24,000 nucleotides of DNA from an uncultured Tangfeifania sp. (GTDB lineage Bacteria; Bacteroidota; Bacteroidia; Bacteroidales; Prolixibacteraceae), in assembly GCA_964528535.1 (NCBI GenBank), contig CAZGSQ010000019.1, forward strand, positions 10,605 through 34,604, written 5' to 3'. Positions 8,192 to 15,774 of the stretch are shown here, piece after piece. Numbering within the stretch: position 1 is the first letter of the stretch; each line of letters opens with the position of its first letter. The translations under genes were made by a program, and so were the position numbers. The notes under the pieces are model-generated. The model made no database searches, was not told where the DNA came from, and worked only from the letters and a program-made list of their open reading frames with translations.

Positions 8192-10711
8192 TTATGGACT
8201 TACCATTTCCTGAATCGCCCTTTCAAATTCCCCGTCGTTCCAAACTTGCTTTATCCGGTAAACAGGTTTCTCGTTTAGTTCATCAATAGCATCATGTGCA
8301 AATTTTGCAAAGATGTTTTTCCCTGAACCTTCAACCTTATCAAAAAATGCCTCTCCTAAAATAAGTCCGATTTTGGCAAAATCACCATAGAAATATTCCT
8401 GTAGGAGCGGCAAGATGTTTTGATGGAATACCTTCTTTAAACAGGCTAGATCGTCCACTGAAAGAAAATAACTATGACCTATAAGATGATCCTTGTCCAA
8501 CAGTTTTTCAATCCTTGCATTCACCGTTCTCATTATCCTTTCAAGCGTGATGCCATCAATAACTTCATTTTCAAGTTCTGGAAGATCATACTTTGGAGGC
8601 ATTTCAATAAATGTAAATCGGCGCCTAAGAGCAGTATCCAATGCTTCGACACTGCGGTCCGCAGTATTCATGGTGCCAACTATGTACAGATTAGGTGGTA
8701 TTGAGAAATCTTTCTTTTTACTATAGGGTAAGGTTACTGTTATTGATTCTTTGTTTCCAAATCGTTTATCTGTTTCTATTAGTGTTATAAGTTCTCCAAA
8801 GATCTGAGCAACATTTCCACGATTGATTTCATCGATGATCAGGACGTAATTTTTTGGCTCAACTTTGGTTGATTCTTTTCCAAGGCCGAGAAGATTACCT
8901 AACAATGCTTCATAGTATGGCTGAAGTCCTCCTTTGATAATTTGATTTTCACCAGCATCGTACATCGATTTTAGTGTATTGACACTAAGAGTATGCTTAC
9001 TATCCCCACTGTTTTTGTCAAAAAAGATGGTCCGGTCATTTACATGTACAATTTGATAGGTTGACTGCTTCATTTTGACCGGAATAGTCTCTTCTTCATT
9101 TAGCGGAGATAAGAATTTCACCCATACGGTTTCAAATAATTTCTTCCCAGTTTGCAGTTTTGAGTTCTTGAAATTTGTTAAAGCATCATCAACGAGTAGC
9201 CTAAATACACCTCTTTGAACATCATATAGCAATTGTCCTTCAGCTTCGATTGGCTTAATTCCTTCAATAAAATCCTCATAACTCATGCTCTGGTGAAACG
9301 TGGTAAATACAACTTGGCCGGAATCAACATATGTTTGAAATCGTTTTACTATTTCTGGCCTGTTTTCATTGCTTTCTTTTTCAATCGCTTCTAACTCTTT
9401 ATTTTCAACAATGGCCAATGCATGATTTATTGAGTTGTAAGTCTTCCCAGTACCGGGAGGACCAAAAAGAATCTGGTTAAGTGAATACGCAGTCTTTTTT
9501 GATTTAGGCATCTCAGTCGCAGATAAGCCATTGATAATTGCCATTAACCTTTCAAAATAGAAATTGTAATCCGGGTGATTTGATGAATATTCTGAAATAT
9601 CTGTTAAGGTCTTTTGCACAAGTTGAAATTCAGTTGTCCAATTACCGGTCTTTTCCCATTTAACCTTTCTGCAACTTTTATATTTCCGTCGTTCATCATC
9701 GAAATAATAATCTGACACAACAATTCCATAGCCAAGGAGCGATTTTTGTTTTGTTTTAATGATTATTACATCTCCAACCGACATTTTATTGGCAAAGTCA
9801 TCACAAGCTGTTGCATCATTCTTTTTTGAGCCGGGATTTTTCACATTTGCCAACTCCTGAAGACGTTTTGCAATTGCAGGTTTGTTTTTATAACCTTTTA
9901 GATCGCCGAGTGCATCTGCCTCAATTCCAATAATACTAAGAGATTTAAACTCTTCCCACATTTCAGCCTGGGTTCCCGGAGCAAATAGCCAATACTTAGT
10001 TGAAGAAGCTGGTTCTGCTACTCCTTTTGTTTTTTTACTATCTACCCATGCTTCAAAAGATAATTCAGGATAAGATTTCTCTGGGATGAAATTTTTAAGA
10101 TTCCGGATATATGTTAAATAGTCAGAAAAGCTCGCTACATTAGTATATGAAAATCCCTTTTTCTTAAGGTATCCGGTTATTACTCCATCACAGGCAGCAA
10201 ATCTTTCAGGATTTATCCAATAGAGTCCAATCGAAAGATAAGGTGCAGCCACACCTCTGATTTTCAAACAGCCATTAAATAATTCTTCAGTAATAGTATC
10301 CGGATCACTTATTGCCAATTCGGCAATATTCCAAAGCATTGGAATGTCTTCGGTTGTGCGGTCCTTTTCGTATGCAAAGAACCAGGAATGCAAATTATTC
10401 ACAACAGGTATCCCATTAAAGTCTGATGGTACTTCTGCTGCAATGTCAAATTTTGTCTTGACTTTTTTTAAAATTGAAACTCTGTATTTGTCCGTGATTC
10501 CGCGATTAAATGAGGCAAAAAAGGTAAAAAAGTCAATGGCATTCAATTTTATATTATTGCCCTGTGAATCAATATCATTTGTTGGAATGGAGGGCATTCC
10601 TTCACTTTTAAGATTCTCCAGAAAATCGATAAGCTCAGTCTGCTTATTCCTATATAACATGAGCTTGTGGGCCAGCTCCTTATAGAAAGGAATCCATGTG
10701 AAGTTTGGCAT
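8192..10711 (-). CDS. mcrB: McrB-like AAA+ GTPase with N-terminal EVE-like domain
   Basis: 839 aa; Walker A 'ILFGPPGTGKTYNSI', 'YVLIIDEINRGNVAQIFGELITLIE', McrB signature 'VGTMNTADRSVEALDTALRRRF'; upstream 'YWLFAPGTQAEMWEEF...MSVGDVIIIKTKQKSLLGYGIV' resembles EVE domain. Confidence 0.92.
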   Translation of the reverse strand: MPNFTWIPFYKELAHKLMLYRNKQTELIDFLENLKSEGMPSIPTNDIDSQGNNIKLNAIDFFTFFASFNRGITDKYRVSILKKVKTKFDIAAEVPSDFNGIPVVNNLHSWFFAYEKDRTTEDIPMLWNIAELAISDPDTITEELFNGCLKIRGVAAPYLSIGLYWINPERFAACDGVITGYLKKKGFSYTNVASFSDYLTYIRNLKNFIPEKSYPELSFEAWVDSKKTKGVAEPASSTKYWLFAPGTQAEMWEEFKSLSIIGIEADALGDLKGYKNKPAIAKRLQELANVKNPGSKKNDATACDDFANKMSVGDVIIIKTKQKSLLGYGIVVSDYYFDDERRKYKSCRKVKWEKTGNWTTEFQLVQKTLTDISEYSSNHPDYNFYFERLMAIINGLSATEMPKSKKTAYSLNQILFGPPGTGKTYNSINHALAIVENKELEAIEKESNENRPEIVKRFQTYVDSGQVVFTTFHQSMSYEDFIEGIKPIEAEGQLLYDVQRGVFRLLVDDALTNFKNSKLQTGKKLFETVWVKFLSPLNEEETIPVKMKQSTYQIVHVNDRTIFFDKNSGDSKHTLSVNTLKSMYDAGENQIIKGGLQPYYEALLGNLLGLGKESTKVEPKNYVLIIDEINRGNVAQIFGELITLIETDKRFGNKESITVTLPYSKKKDFSIPPNLYIVGTMNTADRSVEALDTALRRRFTFIEMPPKYDLPELENEVIDGITLERIMRTVNARIEKLLDKDHLIGHSYFLSVDDLACLKKVFHQNILPLLQEYFYGDFAKIGLILGEAFFDKVEGSGKNIFAKFAHDAIDELNEKPVYRIKQVWNDGEFERAIQEMVSP

Positions 10712-10770
10712 AAACTAAGGTTTAGTGAATGATAAAGATACCTAAAAAACAAGCTTGTATCTAAGAAAAT

Positions 10771-11757
10771 TTACACAGTCACCAATCCAAAAGCATAATG
10801 GAAAGGAATGATTCTTTTCACATCAATATTTTCTATCCAGGCGGGTTCCTTGTGACTGATCTCAGCTATTTCGCCTGCACTTGTCTCCTTAAATTTTTCG
10901 GCAATGTATCTCAGAGAGTTGAGTTCTGATGCAGAAAACAAGGATTCATCAAATTTTATTTTACCAGAAGGAAGAATCCGCTCAACTTCACCATAACTTG
11001 TTAAAGCATAATCTTTACTGATAATTCCTTCTTCCACCAAGGCCTCAAACAAGTATTCATAATGATTAGGTACTGGACCATGGGGTATTGCGACGTATTT
11101 TAATCCTGTTATACTTTGAGCGGAATCTCTGAAATTTACAAAATCTACGTAGAACAATAGTTTGTTCAACTTAGTCTTAAATGGCTGCATGAGTTCGGCA
11201 AAGAATAGAATTATCTGTTTTGTTTTCTCCGCATTAAACGCTTTAAACCCAGTTGCTATATCAGGTTGACACTGAAACCTCGATAACTGATCAAAACTGA
11301 AACAGTTGTCAGTCTTCAATTTCTGAATGCGCTTTATCAATATCTCGCGTTCTTTTTCTTCCAACTCGCTGTTAAGTTGGATTTGCTGTTCAAAAACTTC
11401 AGGCATGCTCATTAGTTGAATCAAACCTGCATTTGCCTTCGATGGAACTTCTCCAGCTTCATAATTTCTCCATGAATTTGCTCCTAGGCCCAAAATTTCA
11501 GATATCCTCGCTGCTGAGAGATTGTACTTCTGTCTGATTTCCAGTATCTGTTCGGGGAAGGGAATGTGATGTCTTACCCTGTATTGGTTAACTACTTGAC
11601 GGTAATTTAATTCTGAATAATGTTCATCTTCAAAACGCTCTCCTGATTCCTCGCATAGATAAATATGAAACAGAACTGGAAAGGATTCTTTCCGGTAAAT
11701 CATGTCGCGCATCTCTTTGCTGACTTTCATTTCATTACCTGTAATTGGGCTTTTCAT
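10771..11757 (-). CDS. Panacea-domain (DUF4065/SocA-like) antitoxin with MqsA-like HTH
   Basis: 328 aa; HTH 'LEIRQKYNLSAARISEILGLGANSWRNYEAGEVPSKANAGLI'; C-terminal 'QIILFFAELMQPFKTKLNKLLFYVDFVNF...SITGLKYVAIPHGPVPNHYEYLFEALVEEG' matches the Panacea/SocA pattern; 5 bp downstream of the 118-aa ORF. Confidence 0.85.
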   Translation of the reverse strand: MKSPITGNEMKVSKEMRDMIYRKESFPVLFHIYLCEESGERFEDEHYSELNYRQVVNQYRVRHHIPFPEQILEIRQKYNLSAARISEILGLGANSWRNYEAGEVPSKANAGLIQLMSMPEVFEQQIQLNSELEEKEREILIKRIQKLKTDNCFSFDQLSRFQCQPDIATGFKAFNAEKTKQIILFFAELMQPFKTKLNKLLFYVDFVNFRDSAQSITGLKYVAIPHGPVPNHYEYLFEALVEEGIISKDYALTSYGEVERILPSGKIKFDESLFSASELNSLRYIAEKFKETSAGEIAEISHKEPAWIENIDVKRIIPFHYAFGLVTV

Positions 11758-11762
11758 ATTTC

Positions 11763-12119
11763 TTATTTAAAAGGGTAGTTCATAATGTATTCGGCGGGAT
11801 GGAATGAAATGCAAATGGTTTCTGAACTGAATTTACCCATGCTAATTTTAATATAAATTTCTGTTCCTTTCATATCCTTGCCAAATACCCACATTGGTGG
11901 AATACCATATATCTGATCTTCAATAGGACCCTGTGAATAATCCTCACAAGTTAATTTTTCAATAATCTCTTTTCTTCTGTTTGAACTAATTTCCAAATCC
12001 AAAAGTGCCTGAGAATTTTTTCCACGCTCGTCCCAAAAGATGATGCGGAAAGTCCGAAACTTTACTTTAAAGTCGCTTAAAAAATGTTCAACCTCTTGTT
12101 TGGTTGCCATCGGCTGCAA
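11763..12119 (-). CDS. MqsR/RelE-like toxin candidate, cognate to the Panacea antitoxin
   Basis: 118 aa; 'IIEKLTCEDYSQGPIEDQIYGIPPMWVFGKDMKGTEIYIKISM......ICISFHPAEYIMNYPFK' resembles the MqsR-type layout; toxin-first order with 5-bp gap to the antitoxin. Confidence 0.65.
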   Translation of the reverse strand: MQPMATKQEVEHFLSDFKVKFRTFRIIFWDERGKNSQALLDLEISSNRRKEIIEKLTCEDYSQGPIEDQIYGIPPMWVFGKDMKGTEIYIKISMGKFSSETICISFHPAEYIMNYPFK

Positions 12120-12207
12120 AATTAGATTAATATTTGTAAATACAACTTTAAAGTTGAATGTTATTAAACATTTTTGTAATTAATTAACCTTAAAGTAGTG
12201 TTCTCAT

Positions 12208-14361
12208 TCAATATGCAACTACCATTTGAACAATTTCTTTTAGACCTTCATCAACCTTAAAAGCAATTGTTGGCTCATCAAATGATTGATTCAATATATA
12301 ATCAAAAGTTTCTGAATACTTAAATTCAATCCCTTCAAATAGCTTACACCAGAGATTCCTTGCCAAAAGGTAGCGAAAAGTAAGTATTCTGATTTGCCTT
12401 GGCGTTAGTTCCGTTTTAATGAGAGAAATCTTTTGTTTGAGTAGATCAATTTCAAACGGACGTAAACTATAGATATTAAGAACAATCTCCTGCTTCACTA
12501 TTGTTTTCTTTCGTTCTGATGGTATTCCTTGTACTTCTTGTTCTAAAATATCAACTTTGTCCTTCTGATCTGAATCAGGGATGATTGTAATTTGGCCAAT
12601 AAATTTTCCCGATCTTTGCTTTGAACTATTAATTTGGTGGGCTAGTTTTTCAATAAAGAAACATCTTTGTTCTTGCGATATCGGAGGTAACTTAATTGCT
12701 GAGATTAATAGCTTATCAAGGTATTCAACACTTAGAGTCTCTAACAATATATTATTCCTTCTTTCTCTGTATTTATGTTCAATTGCCTCCCTTAAAATGG
12801 AATCATCAACTGCAATTAATACCACTATATGCTTATTTATCGCTGGATCATCAAGCATAACTCTTAATGCATCAACTATTTCAATCATTCGATCTTCCGA
12901 ACAACGATCCAAATCATCGATAAATAATAACAATCTCTTTTTATTAATTTCCTCCCACTTGAACCTTTTCCAATCCCATTTCGTCCTTTTCAATCTTTCG
13001 GTCCAAGACCGTATAACAAAAACCAATTCTTTTTGTATTTCAGCTTGCACACCTAAAACATTCCTAAAAGATGGTACACTTGTAATCGAATCAAATATCT
13101 TTAATGCTGGCTTACTAGAAAACCTTATAAATGAAACAACTTTATACACCAGAATCGTAAAGGCCCAAATTCCCCCAGCCCATTTGATCAGTTGAAGTAA
13201 AGAATTAACCTTTGCCTCAAAAGGAATTATGAAAAATAAAATGAAGCCAATTATAATTAAGATAAGGGGTATAATCCAACTTTCCCAATGGCCTTTTTTT
13301 TCAATTGATAAACATAAAATTCTAAAAGGTTTGTTCCACCACTTTACATTTAAATATCCGCCAATAATAGTTTCAAAAAGGTAAGCCCAAATGGAAGGTG
13401 TACTTTGATACCTCCAAGCTTGGAATTGAACATATAAAAAATCTGAATCTGGGTTTGGAGTTTCCTTCTCAAAATCAATTTTTAAATGTTTACACACTTC
13501 TTTAATGAAGTATGTCTTCCCTCGACCCCACTTGCCAAATAGGCCAACCATTTGCCCACTTTCATCCTCAATATTTTTCAAATGATTCGCAAAAACTTCA
13601 GCAATTTTTTCAACGTTAAAGACTGGGCTAATAGAATTATCAATTATACTACCAGTAAATTCATTTGGGAAATAAGGTTCATTATCAGGAGTCACATCCG
13701 GAATAATTCCGGAGTTACCAGAAGTACCAGAAGTACCAGATGGCCCCGGTGGTCCTTGAGGACCTTGTAGACCGGAGGTAACTGAAGTGCCTGAAGTGCC
13801 TGAGGTCCCGGATGACCCCGGTGGCCCAGGAGGACCTTGTGGCCCTTGTGGCCCTTGTGGACCTGAAGTGCCTGTAAGAGTACCTTCAACTATACTTTTA
13901 GAGGTTTTGGCTCCTGAAATCGAATCGTTCCCAGATGATTTTTCACTAATGCTTGCATTTCCTACTTTGCTTTCTATTACATTATTATTATTTGAAAGTA
14001 TTTTTTCAAGCCTAATTCCAAAGGATTCAGTTACATCTTGTCCTAATTCATTAAAAATTTCTTTATGATTTCCTCCATTGTTCAATCTCTTATCGACCTC
14101 TTTGATATAATCAGATTTTCTAGCAGTTGGATTACTCGTTATGAAATTTGAAAAATCATAAATACGATAAGAATTAGGATCAATTATTTCAACTTTTTTA
14201 TTACCAATCGGTTGCTTACCAAATTTTTTTTGTTCAAGGTAATCAAAGTACTGAAAAACTTCTTCCTTTGTTATAACACTAACAAATACATCATTAATTA
14301 GATCGTTAAAATGCTCTTCTCGCTCAACAAACAAATTAAAGTATTCGGTTTTTTGTTCCAT
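12208..14361 (-). CDS. KAP-family P-loop NTPase with internal collagen-like region and two predicted TM segments
   Basis: 717 aa; Walker A 'MVGLFGKWGRGKTYFIKEV' (residues ~273-283), TM pair 'WIIPLILIIIGFILFFIIP'/'WAGGIWAFTILVYKVVSFI' between Walker A and Walker B, Walker B 'KRLLLFIDDLDRCSEDRMIEIVDAL'. Confidence 0.88.
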   Translation of the reverse strand: MEQKTEYFNLFVEREEHFNDLINDVFVSVITKEEVFQYFDYLEQKKFGKQPIGNKKVEIIDPNSYRIYDFSNFITSNPTARKSDYIKEVDKRLNNGGNHKEIFNELGQDVTESFGIRLEKILSNNNNVIESKVGNASISEKSSGNDSISGAKTSKSIVEGTLTGTSGPQGPQGPQGPPGPPGSSGTSGTSGTSVTSGLQGPQGPPGPSGTSGTSGNSGIIPDVTPDNEPYFPNEFTGSIIDNSISPVFNVEKIAEVFANHLKNIEDESGQMVGLFGKWGRGKTYFIKEVCKHLKIDFEKETPNPDSDFLYVQFQAWRYQSTPSIWAYLFETIIGGYLNVKWWNKPFRILCLSIEKKGHWESWIIPLILIIIGFILFFIIPFEAKVNSLLQLIKWAGGIWAFTILVYKVVSFIRFSSKPALKIFDSITSVPSFRNVLGVQAEIQKELVFVIRSWTERLKRTKWDWKRFKWEEINKKRLLLFIDDLDRCSEDRMIEIVDALRVMLDDPAINKHIVVLIAVDDSILREAIEHKYRERRNNILLETLSVEYLDKLLISAIKLPPISQEQRCFFIEKLAHQINSSKQRSGKFIGQITIIPDSDQKDKVDILEQEVQGIPSERKKTIVKQEIVLNIYSLRPFEIDLLKQKISLIKTELTPRQIRILTFRYLLARNLWCKLFEGIEFKYSETFDYILNQSFDEPTIAFKVDEGLKEIVQMVVAY
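13708..13872 (-). repeat. Collagen-like Gly-X-Y coding repeat (18 triplets, one Gly to Val interruption)
   Basis: Residues 164-218: GTS GPQ GPQ GPQ GPP GPP GSS GTS GTS GTS VTS GLQ GPQ GPP GPS GTS GTS GNS G. Confidence 0.95.
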
Positions 14362-14372
14362 ATAAACAAAGT

Positions 14373-15293
14373 TTATGTATTTCTATTCTTCCCATACCTT
14401 ACTTTCCCCTCTGCCACCATCCTTAACTCATCCTTCAACTTCTTCCCCTTCCCACCTTTCTCCAACCCAGCTTTGGCTTGTTTGATCTGCTCCAATAAAT
14501 CTTGGGCATCGCCATCGATGGGGAGTTGTTCCACTAGTTCGCCACGGAAGGCTTTGGCCAGCAGGGCTTGTGGCAACTGCTCTATTTTTGCTTTTAGTTT
14601 TTGGTAGCTGGCTTCAATCTTGTCGGCTTTGGCAAATAGGGATTCGACATGTCTTACGATTTCTTGCTGCTCTTCAACTGGCGGAATTGGAATTTCAAAA
14701 TCACGACATTGAGAAAGGGAAATATTGACTTGACCAACCACACCTTTTGTTTCTCCCATAACTTCCCTCACACTCTTCCCTTCACAGAAGAAATAATAGA
14801 GAAAGGTATTCATTAAATATTTCTTAGGCCTAAATAATGTAATTGCCTGATTTAAATTCCACTCTGGATAACTCGCGGGTAAGATTGCAATTTTATTTAA
14901 AGGTGGTCCAACAATATTCATTAGAACATCACCCGGATATGCGATTGACTTGCTAAGGGCTTTGTTTTGTACCTCAATGGTCACAAATTGTGGACGATAT
15001 TCAAAATCAATTTGATTATTGACAATATTATAAACTTTTAAGAACGGAATCCCTTCATCAATAAATCCTCCACCTTTGGGTGTACCTCCGCTTTGTACTT
15101 TGTCACAGCATTTTGAAGCAATTTCTATCTTCCATTCCTTCAACTCCCTCCCTTCTCTCCACTCTTCCGTCAGTTTGCCGGTTACAGCCTGGGTAAGTAC
15201 CTTTTGGCGGAAATCTTTCAGCAATTGTGGTATGCGGTCAAGGCGGGTTTTCAGGGCATCGAGGTGCCCGAACAGGGTATCGAGTTTGGTCAC
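14373..15293 (-). CDS. hsdS: HsdS C-terminal half: central conserved helix + TRD2 + distal conserved helix, potentially translated alone
   Basis: 306 aa ORF from 'MTKLDTLFGHLDALKTRLDRIPQLLKDFRQKVLTQAVTGKLTEEWR' through TRD2 'CDKVQSGGTPKGGGFIDEGIPFLKVYNI' to 'IPPVEEQQEIVRHVESLFAKADKIEASYQKLKAKIEQLPQALLAKAFRGELV'. Confidence 0.8.
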   Translation of the reverse strand: MTKLDTLFGHLDALKTRLDRIPQLLKDFRQKVLTQAVTGKLTEEWREGRELKEWKIEIASKCCDKVQSGGTPKGGGFIDEGIPFLKVYNIVNNQIDFEYRPQFVTIEVQNKALSKSIAYPGDVLMNIVGPPLNKIAILPASYPEWNLNQAITLFRPKKYLMNTFLYYFFCEGKSVREVMGETKGVVGQVNISLSQCRDFEIPIPPVEEQQEIVRHVESLFAKADKIEASYQKLKAKIEQLPQALLAKAFRGELVEQLPIDGDAQDLLEQIKQAKAGLEKGGKGKKLKDELRMVAEGKVRYGKNRNT

Positions 15294-15770
15294 AATGCGC
15301 TGCTGCTCGGGAAGGGGAGGAAGTGGAAATGGGTGTTCTTTAATTACAGTTTGTGATATATTTGGCTGCGCTCCACCTTTACCCTTATCAATAAATCCTT
15401 GTTTTTCAGACTTAAGAAAATAATGAAGAAATTCAGGTATTACTATTTCAGAAGACTTTGCAACTGCGCATGCTTGGTTCGTTGTTGCATCTATGCCAAG
15501 TTTAGCTGTCTAGCCGATTGTTGCACCATACATTGCAATGATAATAGAACCTTTAGAAAAGAGCTTTGCACTTGATTTTTTTAATCCAAGTTCCGTAATA
15601 TACTCACTTGCTTCAAATATTATTGAGTCGTTTAAATCACCTGTCTTTACCCAGGGAATTGTACCATTATAATAATTTGGTTCGCTTCTGTTAGGCGTAC
15701 CACCAGAACCCCATTCTGCAATGACTCCAAGTTTTGTTTCAACCCACCCTTTTGGTAATTCCTTCCCCAT
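14373..15770 (-). pseudogene. hsdS: Type I restriction specificity subunit HsdS, interrupted by one in-frame TAG at 15510-15512
   Basis: ORFs 15510..15770 (TRD1 start, 'GWVETKLGVIAEWGSGGTPNRSEPNYYNGTIPWVKTGDL') and 14373..15293 share a frame; conceptual translation through the stop reads 'MYGATIG*TAKLGIDATTNQACAVAKSSEIVIPEFLHYFLKSEKQGFIDKGKGGAQPNISQTVIKEHPFPLPPLPEQQRIVTKLDTLF', uninterrupted otherwise. Confidence 0.85.
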
Positions 15771-15774
15771 CTTG

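Noticed and set aside
12581-13195. 204-aa plus-strand ORF opposite the KAP gene
   Set aside because: Mirror of the KAP coding sequence (Leu/Ile/Ser-rich antisense), no conserved motif and no evident independent promoter.
13552-14068. Plus-strand ORFs of 72 and 93 aa and the 65-aa minus-strand ORF across the collagen-like region
   Set aside because: Out-of-frame readings of the Gly-X-Y coding repeat (e.g. GPGGPCGPCGPCGP, KDHRGHLVLLVLL); no independent support.
15076-15423. 115-aa plus-strand ORF over hsdS
   Set aside because: Antisense of the HsdS conserved helix region; no motif.
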